Assembly: GCA_963674755.2 (NCBI GenBank)
Contig: CAXXVS010000001.1
Location: forward strand, 1,024,001-1,088,000
DNA: 64,000 bases
DNA from: Desulfobacterales bacterium
GTDB lineage: Bacteria > Desulfobacterota > Desulfobacteria > Desulfobacterales > UBA5852
Direction: 5' to 3'
Shown here: piece by piece, positions 50,077 through 61,324 of the stretch
Position numbering within the stretch: the stretch's first letter is position 1
Layout: each line of letters starts with the position of its first letter
Made by a program: the position numbers and the translations under genes
Notes under the pieces: generated by a model
Seen by the model: the letters and a program-made list of their open reading frames with translations, nothing else
What the model was told of the DNA's origin: nothing
Databases searched by the model: none

Positions 50077-51051
50077 CTATTGTTCCTGCGTGGCGGCCTC
50101 GATCAGCGTTTGGAGGTTGAAAAAGGTGGTGCCGATGGCTTCGTCCACCTCGTTGAGACGGCTTTGCAACCCGTCCATATATTCGTGCATGCCGTGGGCG
50201 ACCACTTCATCGACATCCGTATAGGCCAGATCCGAAGCGAGCCGGCCCAGGCGTTTCTCGGCCGCGTTTTGGGCCGACCCGGGCGGTGAGCCGCTAATCC
50301 GGTGCAGGCAAATTTGCGCCTTGGCGACGCAATGGCGGATGGAGCGCGGGAACTGGCTGTCGAAAATGAGAAAATCCGCCACATTGCGGGGGGTGATGCG
50401 ATGATGGGTCTTGCGGAACATCTCAAAGGCACTGGCGGATTTCAACACGGCCATCCACTGGATATTGTCCACCGGGGTATTCACCAGATCCGCCTGGGGG
50501 AGCAGCATGAAGTACTTCACGTCCAGAATGCGGGAAGTTTTGTCCGCCCGCTCCATCATCATGCCGATGCGGGCGAAGTTCCAGGCCTCGCCATGGCTCA
50601 TGGTGGAGTCCAGTAGGCCGGTGAACAAGTGGCTGCGCATCTGGATGATTTTGAAAAAGCGGTGGGGCTCCTCCAGGGCCAGGGTAACGCTCCGGTTATC
50701 GGCCAGCTCGAGGTAGAAATTGTTCAGGTGCTCCCACATCTCCGAGGAGATGATCTCCCGGATCGAGCGGCCGTTCTCGCGGGCGGCGGCCAGGCAGGCC
50801 AGGATCGAGTTGGCGTAGGCTTTGTCGAAAGTCAGGAAGCGGATCACGGCTTCCTGGTCGTAGTCGGGATAATGCGCCTCGAACAACGCCTGGTCGCCGG
50901 TGGTCATCACCACCGGCTCCCAGTGCTTGCCCTTTTCCGAGGGCATGTCCAGCAGCAGGTTGAGGTTGACGCTGATGAAGCGGGCTACGTTTTCCGCCCG
51001 TTCGATATAGCGGCACATCCAGTAGATCGAGTTGGCCACACGGCTGAGCAT
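50077..51051 (-). CDS. Alpha-E domain protein
   Basis: MLSRVANSIYWMCRYIERAENVAR, ARENGRSIR, ERADKTSRILDVK, FPRSI. Confidence 0.92.
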   Translation of the reverse strand: MLSRVANSIYWMCRYIERAENVARFISVNLNLLLDMPSEKGKHWEPVVMTTGDQALFEAHYPDYDQEAVIRFLTFDKAYANSILACLAAARENGRSIREIISSEMWEHLNNFYLELADNRSVTLALEEPHRFFKIIQMRSHLFTGLLDSTMSHGEAWNFARIGMMMERADKTSRILDVKYFMLLPQADLVNTPVDNIQWMAVLKSASAFEMFRKTHHRITPRNVADFLIFDSQFPRSIRHCVAKAQICLHRISGSPPGSAQNAAEKRLGRLASDLAYTDVDEVVAHGMHEYMDGLQSRLNEVDEAIGTTFFNLQTLIEAATQEQ

Positions 51052-51067
51052 TTGGGTCCCTCCTTAT

Positions 51068-51210
51068 TTGACCTTTCAGAAACGGCATCTTTTGGCCCAT
51101 GCCTGCGTTCTCCCGATATTGAAATCCTCGACGTAGCCCTGCTACGCCTCCGGCTTCAATATCGCTGCGGCCTTGGCCTGAACCAAAATCTATCATTTCT
51201 GCCTGGTCAA
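51068..51210. repeat. ERIC-like long-hairpin repeat, copy 1
   Basis: Terminal IR TTGACC..CAGAAA / TTTCTG..GGTCAA; inner CGATATTGAA/TTCAATATCG and CGTAGC/GCTACG. Confidence 0.7.
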
Positions 51211-51232
51211 CACTTACAGTGATATGCCTACC

Positions 51233-51374
51233 AAGTCTGTTTGAAAATGTTTCACTTCGGTCAAGATCACGGCGATGGATCATTCCAACCGCAGGCATAC
51301 ATTTCGTAAGTCGAGGGTTGAAATGTGAGCTCAACGCTGAAATGGGTCGAAATGGGATGTTTTGCAATTGACTT
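51233..51374. repeat. ERIC-like long-hairpin repeat, copy 2 (inverted relative to copy 1)
   Basis: AAGTC...GACTT ends; collinear motifs shared with the reverse complement of copy 1. Confidence 0.6.
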
Positions 51375-52807
51375 TAAAGCACCCAGGTGTCCTTGCTGCC
51401 GCCCCCCTGGGAAGAGTTTACCACCAGGGATCCTTTGGTGAGGGCCACCCGGGTCAGGCCGCCGGGCTGGACGTAAATGTCCTCTCCGAAAATCACATAG
51501 GGCCGCAGGTCTACGTGGCGTCCCTCGATGCGGTCGCCCACGATGGTGGGCACCCGGGAGAGGGAAATGGTCGGTTGGGCCATGTAGTTGCGGGGTTCGG
51601 CCGCGATCTTGGCGGCGAAGGCCGCCCGCTCCGCTTCGGTGGCATGGGGACCCACCAGCATGCCGTAGCCGCCGGATTCGTTGGCCGCCTTGACCACCAA
51701 CTGGTCGAGATGCGCCAGCACATAGGCCCGGTCCTCATCGTTGCGGCAGATATAGGTGGGCACGTTGGGCAGAATGGCGTCTTCGCCGGTATAGTAGCGG
51801 ATGATCTTGGGCACGTAGGCGTAAATCACCTTGTCGTCGGCGATGCCGGTGCCCGGTGCGTTGGCCATGGCCAGGCGGCCGGTCTTGTAGACCCCGATGA
51901 GGCCCTTGACCCCCAAAAGGGAATCGGGGCGGAAGACTTCCGGATCGATGAAGTCGTCGTCGATGCGCCGGTAGAGGACATCCACCCGCTGAAGCCCCTT
52001 GGTGGTGAGCATGTGGACATAGCCGTCGGCGACCACCAGATCCTGGCCCTCCACCAGTTCCACCCCCATTTGCTGGGAAAGAAAGGAGTGTTCGAAATAG
52101 GCGCTGTTGTAAATGCCGGGGGTCAGGACCCCTATGGTGGGGGATTGGATCTGCTCCGGGGCCAGGTAGGCCAGCATTTCCAGCAGTTTGGCGGGGTAGT
52201 CGTCCACCGGTCGAACCTGGGAGGCCTGGAAGACCTGGGGGAAAGTGCGTTTGAGCACCTGACGGTTCTCCAGCACATAGGAAACGCCCGAGGGGCAGCG
52301 CAAGTTGTCCTCCAGCACATAGAAGCGCCCGTCCTGATCCCGCACCAGGTCGGTGCCGGTGACATGGCACCAGATGCCCCGCGGCGGGGTGAACCCCTCA
52401 CATTCCGGGCGGTAGGTGCGGCTGGTAAGGACCAGTTCCTCGGGGACCACCTTGTCTTTGAGGATTTTTTTGTCGTTGTAGACGTCCTGGAGGAATTCGT
52501 TGAGCGCGAAAATCCGCTGTTTCAGCCCGTTTTCGATCTGCTGCCAGTCGTTGCCGGAAACGATGCGGGGAATGATGTCGAAGGGAAAGATCTTCTCGGT
52601 GCCCTCGTCGCGTCCGTACACATTAAACGTAATGCCCATCTTGAGAAGCAGGGCTTCGGCCGCCTTCTGGCGCATGGCCAGGCCGCCGGCCGGCAGGGAT
52701 TCGATTTTGTCCACCAGCAGCCGGGCGCCGGGCCGGGGGGTGCCGTCGGCCTCGATTAGCTCGTCGTAGTAGTCCCCTGGTTCATAACTTCCAAATGTTG
52801 CCGTCAT
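51374..52807 (-). CDS. Circularly permuted type 2 ATP-grasp protein
   Basis: FPFDIIPR, LEDNLRCPSGVSYVLENR, LYRRIDDDF, ESGGYG, RHVDLRP, VVNSSQGGGSKDTWV. Confidence 0.93.
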   Translation of the reverse strand: MTATFGSYEPGDYYDELIEADGTPRPGARLLVDKIESLPAGGLAMRQKAAEALLLKMGITFNVYGRDEGTEKIFPFDIIPRIVSGNDWQQIENGLKQRIFALNEFLQDVYNDKKILKDKVVPEELVLTSRTYRPECEGFTPPRGIWCHVTGTDLVRDQDGRFYVLEDNLRCPSGVSYVLENRQVLKRTFPQVFQASQVRPVDDYPAKLLEMLAYLAPEQIQSPTIGVLTPGIYNSAYFEHSFLSQQMGVELVEGQDLVVADGYVHMLTTKGLQRVDVLYRRIDDDFIDPEVFRPDSLLGVKGLIGVYKTGRLAMANAPGTGIADDKVIYAYVPKIIRYYTGEDAILPNVPTYICRNDEDRAYVLAHLDQLVVKAANESGGYGMLVGPHATEAERAAFAAKIAAEPRNYMAQPTISLSRVPTIVGDRIEGRHVDLRPYVIFGEDIYVQPGGLTRVALTKGSLVVNSSQGGGSKDTWVL

Positions 52808-53168
52808 GCCGTTTGCTCCGATTTTTTGATGGAAAAGACCCCTATCGTTTCTTCTGGGCTTCATTTAGAACACTCCCACGCGCCGGGCACGTCGGCACGG
52901 CGGGTCGAGATCAGTGATGGGGAGTGCTGCCGTTTTCTTAAGGATGAAGCGGGGTGTGTTTCGTGCTGATCAACTATTTCAGGAAGGTGCCGGCGTGTCA
53001 ACTGATCCACCGTGGGAATTGGCTGGCACCGGAGGGGCATCCTGGTCTATCGGATCGACAGCGAAACCGGATCCAGGCATTGTCGGCAGGCATCGTGTTG
53101 CAAGGGGGGGAGCGGCCCCCGTCAAAACTAGCGAGGGCCGCGGTTCAATCGGGGATCACCGGGAGGCA

Positions 53169-54815
<1,647 letters not shown>

Positions 54816-55103
54816 TTAATTCAAAATGCCCAGAATATCGTCTTCACGCATGAAAATGTGCTCTTTACCGTCAATCTTGATCTCGGTGCCGGCATATTTG
54901 GAAAAAAGGATGCGGTCGCCCTTTTTGACCTCCAACGGGACCCGCTTGCCGCTGTCGTCCAGCTTGCCGGGCCCCACGGCCACCACCTTGCCCTCCTGGG
55001 GCTTTTCCTTGGCCGTATCGGGAATGATGATGCCGCCGGCGGTTTTCTGCTCTTCTTCCACGCGTGTGACAAGCACCCTGTCGTTCATGGGTTGGATTTT
55101 CAT
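54816..55103 (-). CDS. groS: Co-chaperonin GroES
   Basis: [39 protein letters not shown]. Confidence 0.97.
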   Translation of the reverse strand: MKIQPMNDRVLVTRVEEEQKTAGGIIIPDTAKEKPQEGKVVAVGPGKLDDSGKRVPLEVKKGDRILFSKYAGTEIKIDGKEHIFMREDDILGILN

Positions 55104-55739
55104 TGTTTCGTCTCCTCGTCTGATAAAATAGATGAATTGGGGTTTTCCGTTGCGCAGAACGGTCGATGCGGGCCGGTTTCCATTCTCAGGGAGGGGCCGT
55201 GATCCCGCACAAAACATAGCGCCCGGAGGGAGGGTGGACATCCGGGAGGGCCTTTGTCATCTCCTGGACATTTGAGGCCTGATAAAACCGACTCGAAAGG
55301 GTTTCCACCGGGAAGCGGCGGCCGGTTTGATCATTGAACGGCATCCGATGGGCGGACCGGGCAGGTTGCGGACGCGATTCAGTCGTTTGACGAATTGGGG
55401 CATGAGGATGGCTGTCAATCAAAAGGGCGCTCCCCAGGGCCGGCCAACAACCTCCGGGGAATGGGCATGCATTTTCGAACGCATCAATATTAAGGCTGTT
55501 ACGAACCAATCCCAGAAAGTCGCGTTCCATCTCTCGAAACGTCCAGAATCAACAACAAGCCGCCATATCGACCGCTCCGGCGGGATAAGCCGCCCGAAGC
55601 CTGCTTTTTATTCGTCATCGCCAGGGCCCCCAGGCACGAGAGCCCTCGGTAGGTCTGCTGAAACTTAATGCACAATGACTCTTGCGCAAGGGGGCGTGCC
55701 TGCATTTATGATCCGTTTACACGGTTTCGATAAATAAAA

Positions 55740-55775
55740 TTGACTTTATTAGGGTAACGGTGTTACGCTAATAAA
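55740..55775 (+). promoter_or_regulatory. Promoter with overlapping palindromic operator upstream of tetR
   Basis: TTGACT -35 with TACGCT -10; inverted repeat TTTATTAG-G-GTAAC-GGT-GTTAC-G-CTAATAAA (55745-55775). Confidence 0.7.
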
Positions 55776-55802
55776 ATTAAATGCTCAGGGAGAGGACCGG
55801 CC

Positions 55803-56468
55803 GTGCCCAAACCCCAACGCAGCCTTCAAGAAATCGAAGCCGTCCGGGAAGATATTCTCCACCATGCCCTGGAACTGATCGTGCAGGACGGATTCCAGGG
55901 TTTCAGTATGCGCAAACTGGCAGTCCGCCTGGGCATTGCCGCCAAAACCATCTACAATTACTACCGCAACCAGGACGAGCTCTACCTCTGCATTCTGATC
56001 AAGGGGTTCGAACAGCTCCACGCCGCTTCCGAAGCGGCGGTCCGCGCGGCCGGGCAGCCCCAGGAACAATTGGAAGCCGCCATCCGGGCTTACGTGGATT
56101 TCGGTCTGGCCAATCCCCACCTCTACAACCTGATGTTCACCTGGCATGTGCCCAAATACAACGACTATGTGGGCACACCCATGGAAAAAGCGGCCTATCG
56201 CGAACTGACGGCGGCGTTGAAGTGTGCGGATCTTTTCCTGGCCATCATGGCGGCCTGCCGGGCGGAGGCGGCACCCATGAGCGAAGACGATTTGCGCTTC
56301 GAGATGATTCAGATCTGGTCCCAGATGCACGGCTATGTGGCCGGCATCAACAATTCGCTGCTGGACTACATGCACGCAAGCCCGCGTGCGCTCCAGCCGC
56401 GCATCATCGATCGTCTGATCCGCAATACCCGGCAGGCACTCCAAACCATGGACGAAAAGCGGAATTGA
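55803..56468 (+). CDS. TetR/AcrR-family regulator
   Basis: FSMRKLAVRLGIAAKTIYNYYRNQDEL HTH; WHG-like WSQMHG. Confidence 0.92.
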   Translation: MPKPQRSLQEIEAVREDILHHALELIVQDGFQGFSMRKLAVRLGIAAKTIYNYYRNQDELYLCILIKGFEQLHAASEAAVRAAGQPQEQLEAAIRAYVDFGLANPHLYNLMFTWHVPKYNDYVGTPMEKAAYRELTAALKCADLFLAIMAACRAEAAPMSEDDLRFEMIQIWSQMHGYVAGINNSLLDYMHASPRALQPRIIDRLIRNTRQALQTMDEKRN

Positions 56469-56505
56469 GAATATGAAAACACAGTTATCTACCCGGTAAA
56501 GACGA

Positions 56506-57471
56506 TTGCCCATGACCGCATCCCATACGCCCGATGAGATCCCCCCATCCGCCGAAGCGGCCCCTCTGATTCTGGACGTCAAAGGCAATGCCCTCGATGA
56601 CGGGCCGGGCATCCGATCGGTGGTCTTTTTCAAAGGATGCCCGTTGGCCTGCGTCTGGTGCCACAACCCCGAGAGCAAAAAGGCACTCCCGGAACTGGCC
56701 TTCGATGCCAAGGCCTGCACCGGTTGCGAGGCCTGCCTGGCGGTCTGCGACGCCGACGCCCTGGCACGGGGGAATCCCGGCTATGTCGACCGGCAGGTTT
56801 GCCGGCAATGCTTTGCCTGTGCGGCGGTCTGTCCCTCGGGCGCGCTGGCGCAGGTGGGGCAGGTGATGCCCGTTGAAGGGCTGGTCGAGAAACTTCTCAG
56901 GGACAAGCCGTTCTATGACACGTCCGGCGGCGGGGTCACCTTCTCAGGGGGCGAACCCACCCTGTTCATGCCCTACCTGTCGTCCCTGGCCGCTGCCCTG
57001 CAGGCTGCGGGGGTTTCGACCCTGCTCGAAACCTGCGGGCATTTCGATGCGGATCGGTTTGAGACGCGGGTGCTGCCCCACCTGGATGCCATCTACTTCG
57101 ATCTGAAACTCTTCGATGGGGAGCGGCACCGGCGTTACTGCGGCCTGCCCAACGACATCATCCTGACCAATTTTATCCGTTTATGGGCGCTTTCCCGCGG
57201 GAGCCACTTCTCCTTGTTGCCCCGGATTCCACTGGTTCCCGGCCTAACGGCCACCCAGGCCAACATTCGCGCCTGGGTGTCCTTTCTGAAAACCCACCGA
57301 GTCGGCCGGGTTAAACTGCTGGCCTATAACCCCTTGTGGCCGGCCAAGGCCGCCCGCATTGGAGAAGACAACCCCCATGCAGCCGCGGCAGCGCTGCAGG
57401 ACTGGATGCCGCCGGCCGATGTGGCCCGCCTGGAAGGCCTGTTCCATGAGGCCGGTATCGAAACGCTTTAA
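56506..57471 (+). CDS. Glycyl-radical enzyme activating enzyme (radical SAM with ferredoxin insert)
   Basis: DGPGIRSVVFFKGCPLACVWCHNPES; CTGCEACLAVC and CRQCFACAAVCP; GGVTFSGGEP. Confidence 0.95.
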   Translation: MPMTASHTPDEIPPSAEAAPLILDVKGNALDDGPGIRSVVFFKGCPLACVWCHNPESKKALPELAFDAKACTGCEACLAVCDADALARGNPGYVDRQVCRQCFACAAVCPSGALAQVGQVMPVEGLVEKLLRDKPFYDTSGGGVTFSGGEPTLFMPYLSSLAAALQAAGVSTLLETCGHFDADRFETRVLPHLDAIYFDLKLFDGERHRRYCGLPNDIILTNFIRLWALSRGSHFSLLPRIPLVPGLTATQANIRAWVSFLKTHRVGRVKLLAYNPLWPAKAARIGEDNPHAAAAALQDWMPPADVARLEGLFHEAGIETL

Positions 57472-57491
57472 GAATTCGGGGAGACATCACC

Positions 57492-58268
57492 ATGACATAC
57501 GACCTTAACGGAAAAGCCGTGGTTCTGACCGGGGGCAGCCGCGGCATCGGGCGATGCGTCGCCGTGCAGTTGGCCGGGGCCGGTGCCCGGCTGGTTGTGC
57601 TGGCCCGGGATGTGGCCGCCTTGCAGGACACCGTGGGCCAGGTGGCTGCCGCCGGGGGGCAGGCTGTTGCGATCCCCTGCGACGTGACCGACGAGGCCTC
57701 TGTCCGCAGCGCGGTCGAACAGGCCGCCCGGGCCCTGGACGGGATCGATGTCTTCATGAACATTGCCGGCGTCACGCTGCAGAAACCCCTGCTGGAGGCC
57801 ACGGATGACGACGTACGCCGCGTCATGGAGACCAACCTGCTGGGGGTGCTGCGCTGCTGCCGCCATGCCGTGCCTTTTCTGAAAGCGCGCCGCGGGGTGC
57901 TGGTCAATGTGGCCAGCATCATCGTCAGCAACCCCTTCCCCCATATGGGGGTTTACGCCTGCTCCAAGTGGGCCCTGGCCGCCCTCAGCCACACCCTGCG
58001 GCAGGAGCTCCACGGCGGCGGCGTACGGGTGCTCACCGTCTATCCCGCCGTGGTGCGCACCGGCATGCTGGCCCAGGAGCCGGTCCTGGCCCTCACCCCG
58101 ACCCAATCACCGGAGGTCTGCGCCCGGGCCATCGTCAGGGCCCTCCAAAAAGGCCGTCAAGAGGCCAGCACGGCTTGGCTGCCCAAGATCAGCGGGGCCC
58201 TGTTCAAGCTGCATGCGCCCTGGTGTGACCGCATCAATCGCCTCTTTTTACCCCGGGCCTTCAAATGA
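57492..58268 (+). CDS. Short-chain dehydrogenase/reductase
   Basis: TGGSRGIG, NIAG, NVAS, YACSK. Confidence 0.93.
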   Translation: MTYDLNGKAVVLTGGSRGIGRCVAVQLAGAGARLVVLARDVAALQDTVGQVAAAGGQAVAIPCDVTDEASVRSAVEQAARALDGIDVFMNIAGVTLQKPLLEATDDDVRRVMETNLLGVLRCCRHAVPFLKARRGVLVNVASIIVSNPFPHMGVYACSKWALAALSHTLRQELHGGGVRVLTVYPAVVRTGMLAQEPVLALTPTQSPEVCARAIVRALQKGRQEASTAWLPKISGALFKLHAPWCDRINRLFLPRAFK

Positions 58269-58305
58269 TCCTATGGGGACCTTTTTAAATGAAGGAGGTG
58301 TCGTC

Positions 58306-61300
58306 ATGGTCCTGTTGCAACCCGCAGCGTCGAACGATTTTTCCCCGCCGCACACCGGCCGGTCCGCCATGCACTGGGTAGTCAAATTGCTCCTGGGGCT
58401 CATGGCGGCCAGCTTTCGCTATCGCCCCGCCCTGCGGCGCTGTCTGCGAAGCGATCAGGGCTGGATCAATTTTACGGCCGGCATCCGGACGCGTTCCGGA
58501 TCGATCCAGGCGGCCATCCGCTTCAAGGACGGACGGGTGTCCGTGCGGAGCGGCCTGCCCGAGGACACGGATATTGCCCTGGTGTTCCGGTCGGATGCCG
58601 CCGTGCGCCGATTCCTTACGGCCACGCCCACCGAGCAGGTCACCATGATCCTCCAAAACGATTTCTACACGCTGGGCAACGTTTCCTACCTGAACCTCTT
58701 CGTCTATTGTCTCTCCCTGCTGCTCAGCAAGCAACAGATCCGGCAGATGGAAAAAGAGCGGCGGAAGGCCCGCCAAGACCTGCTCGAAACATCCCCCAGC
58801 GCCCAACCCCAACTGGTCGATGAATTCACGGCGCGACGGGCCAATCCCTTGAAGGGAACCCGGGTCGACCCCGGCGTCCGCTATCTCGAAGACCCTTACC
58901 TGGGCGCTTATCGCCTGGAGGATTTCCCCCGGGTGGCGGCCTTTCTGGACGCCCATTTCGAGACCCGGGCCGAGGTTTGCCCCGAACTGCCGAAGCTGGT
59001 GACCGACTGGCACAAGGCCAACGGCTATGAGACCGACATGGCGGGGCGCCCCTGGAATCCGATTTTGCGCAAGGCCCTCTGCTACAAGCACACCATGGCC
59101 AAGCGGCGTCCCATCATTCGGGAAAACGATCTGATTGCCGGGACCACTACCACCAAGGCGATCGGCGTGGTGGTCTACCCGGAGGGCCACGGCACCATGA
59201 TCTGGGGGGAGCTGCTGACCGTACCCCACCGGTCGCTCAATCCTTACGACGTGGCCCCGGAGACCCGGCGCCTGCTGCACCACGAGGTGTTTCCCTATTG
59301 GATCCAGCGCAACTTCAAGGAATGGGTGCGGCAAAAGTACGACCAGCCCCTCTGCCAGCAGATCGACGAGCGCTGGGCCGTGTATTTCAACTGGAAGTCA
59401 GTGACCATTTCCCACACCATCCCGGATTTTCCCAAGATCCTGCGGCTGGGGGCCCGGGGCATCATCGCGGAAATCGAGGCCGAACGGGCCGCCGAGCCCG
59501 ACGATCCCGGGAAGACCGCCACCCGGCAGGCCATGATCCTGTGCCTGGAGGGTCTCATGACCTATGCCGCCAACCTCTCCCGCCAGGCGGCGATCGAGGC
59601 CCGCCAAGCCGATGACCCCGCGCGTCGGGCTGAACTTGAAAACCTGGCCCGCATCTGCAGGCAGGTGGTGGCCCATCCGGCCCGCACCCTGGATGAAGCG
59701 GTCAACGCCGTCTGGATCACTTGGGTCGGCCTCCATATGGAGAGCACCAACGCGGGGCTGTCCCTGGGACGGCTCGACCAGTGGCTGCAGCCCTATTTCG
59801 AGGCGGACATGGTCCTGCGGGACCGGCCGGAGGATCGGGAGGCCTATCTGCGCTACGCCATCGAGCTGATCAGCTGTTTCATGTTGCGCTGCACAGACCA
59901 TCTTCCCCTGACGCCGGATTTCGCCAACTACTACTTTGGCGGCAGTTCCTCAGACCAGGCCATCACCCTGGGCGGGGTCACGCCGGAAGGCGAGGATGCC
60001 GTCAACGACATGACCTACATCTTCCTCAAGGTCACCGAAATGCTCAGCCTGCGGGACCCCAACGTCAATGCCCGCTACAATGGGGCGCAGAACAGCGACG
60101 TCTATCTCAAGCGTCTCTGCGACGTCAACCTGACCACCGCGGCGACCCCTTCCCTGCACAACGACGAGGCCATCTGGCAATCCCTGGCGGAGTTCGACTA
60201 CGCTCCGGAAGACTTGCGCAACTGGTCGGCCACGGGCTGTGTCGAGCCCACCCTTTCGGGCCGGCACATGGGCCATACCAATTTCCAGATGATCAGCCTG
60301 GTGGCAGCCCTGGAGATGGCCTTGAACAACGGGCGCCACCCCCTCATGGACTGGAAGCTCGGACCGGACACGGGGGAGGTGGAGGACGGGGACTTTGCCA
60401 CTTTCGACCAGTTTTTCGAGGCCTTCACCCGGCAGATGGGCTTTCTCGTCGCGCAATCCATCCAGTACAATGAAATGCTGGCCCGGGCCCACCAGGTGAT
60501 CCGCCCCACCCCGCTGCTCTCCACCCTGATCGAGGACTGCATTCGCACCGGCCGGGACGCTACCCGGGGCGGCGCCCGCTACAACAGCTCGGGGGCGGCC
60601 TGTATCGGCCTGGCCGACGTCACGGATTCCCTGCTGGTGATCAAACAACTGGTCTTCGACGAGGGGCGGGTATCCTTCGCGGACCTGAAGCGGGCCATCG
60701 ACACCAATTTCGAAGACGATCCGGCCCTGCATGCCCTGGTGACCCGCAAAGTACCCCTGTTCGGGTCGGGCAGCGCAGCCGCGGTGGCCATGGCCAACCG
60801 CGTTACCCGCTTCGTCCACGATACCTATGGAAGCTACCCCCACTACCGGGGCGGGCGCTACACGGCCGGCTTCTGGTCCATGTCCAACCACGTGGCCTAC
60901 GGCACCCTGGCCGGCGCCCTGCCTTCCGGGCGCCTGGCGGGCAAACCCTTCACCCCCGGGCTGACCCCCCAGCCGGCGGCCTCCACCAATCTGCTGGACA
61001 ACCTGCGGGACGTGGCCGCCTTGGAGCCGCGTAACATGAACAACAACATCGCCTTCAACGTGAAGGTGGTGCCCGGCGCCGGGGAGCCCCGCACCCGGAC
61101 CGTGGACACCATGTTCGCCTACGTGAAAACCTATTTTCAGCTCGGCGGCATGCAGATGCAGATGAACGTGGTCACCTCCGCGATGCTGCGCGACGCCATG
61201 GCCCACCCGGAAAACTACCGCAACCTGCTGGTGCGCATTTCCGGCTACAACGCCTATTTCGTGACCCTCAACCGGAACATGCAGCAGGAGCTGATCGAGC

Positions 61301-61320
61301 GGGCGGAATACGGATTATGA
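58306..61320 (+). CDS. Glycyl radical enzyme (non-PFL, eliminase-type Cys loop) with N-terminal SCP2-like extension
   Basis: 1004 aa from SD-supported ATG 58306; SLGRLDQ, TGCVEP, LLVRISGY. Confidence 0.9.
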   Translation: MVLLQPAASNDFSPPHTGRSAMHWVVKLLLGLMAASFRYRPALRRCLRSDQGWINFTAGIRTRSGSIQAAIRFKDGRVSVRSGLPEDTDIALVFRSDAAVRRFLTATPTEQVTMILQNDFYTLGNVSYLNLFVYCLSLLLSKQQIRQMEKERRKARQDLLETSPSAQPQLVDEFTARRANPLKGTRVDPGVRYLEDPYLGAYRLEDFPRVAAFLDAHFETRAEVCPELPKLVTDWHKANGYETDMAGRPWNPILRKALCYKHTMAKRRPIIRENDLIAGTTTTKAIGVVVYPEGHGTMIWGELLTVPHRSLNPYDVAPETRRLLHHEVFPYWIQRNFKEWVRQKYDQPLCQQIDERWAVYFNWKSVTISHTIPDFPKILRLGARGIIAEIEAERAAEPDDPGKTATRQAMILCLEGLMTYAANLSRQAAIEARQADDPARRAELENLARICRQVVAHPARTLDEAVNAVWITWVGLHMESTNAGLSLGRLDQWLQPYFEADMVLRDRPEDREAYLRYAIELISCFMLRCTDHLPLTPDFANYYFGGSSSDQAITLGGVTPEGEDAVNDMTYIFLKVTEMLSLRDPNVNARYNGAQNSDVYLKRLCDVNLTTAATPSLHNDEAIWQSLAEFDYAPEDLRNWSATGCVEPTLSGRHMGHTNFQMISLVAALEMALNNGRHPLMDWKLGPDTGEVEDGDFATFDQFFEAFTRQMGFLVAQSIQYNEMLARAHQVIRPTPLLSTLIEDCIRTGRDATRGGARYNSSGAACIGLADVTDSLLVIKQLVFDEGRVSFADLKRAIDTNFEDDPALHALVTRKVPLFGSGSAAAVAMANRVTRFVHDTYGSYPHYRGGRYTAGFWSMSNHVAYGTLAGALPSGRLAGKPFTPGLTPQPAASTNLLDNLRDVAALEPRNMNNNIAFNVKVVPGAGEPRTRTVDTMFAYVKTYFQLGGMQMQMNVVTSAMLRDAMAHPENYRNLLVRISGYNAYFVTLNRNMQQELIERAEYGL

Positions 61321-61324
61321 AAGG

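Noticed and set aside
52865..52930. CIRCE-like half sites (CACTC / GAGTGCT) near groEL
   Set aside because: They are about 45 bp apart instead of 9 and lie downstream of groEL.
55684..55702. Sigma54-like GGCAC...TTGC on the minus strand toward groES
   Set aside because: The GG-to-GC spacing is 11 nt rather than the required 10.
57907..58305. Extra 133-aa N-terminus of the GRE ORF
   Set aside because: It overlaps the SDR gene, and the strong SD GAAGGAGG supports ATG 58306.
58306..61320. Calling the GRE pyruvate formate-lyase or CutC
   Set aside because: It lacks the PFL Cys-Cys pair. There is no microcompartment or cut gene context, and CutC-specific residues could not be verified by eye.
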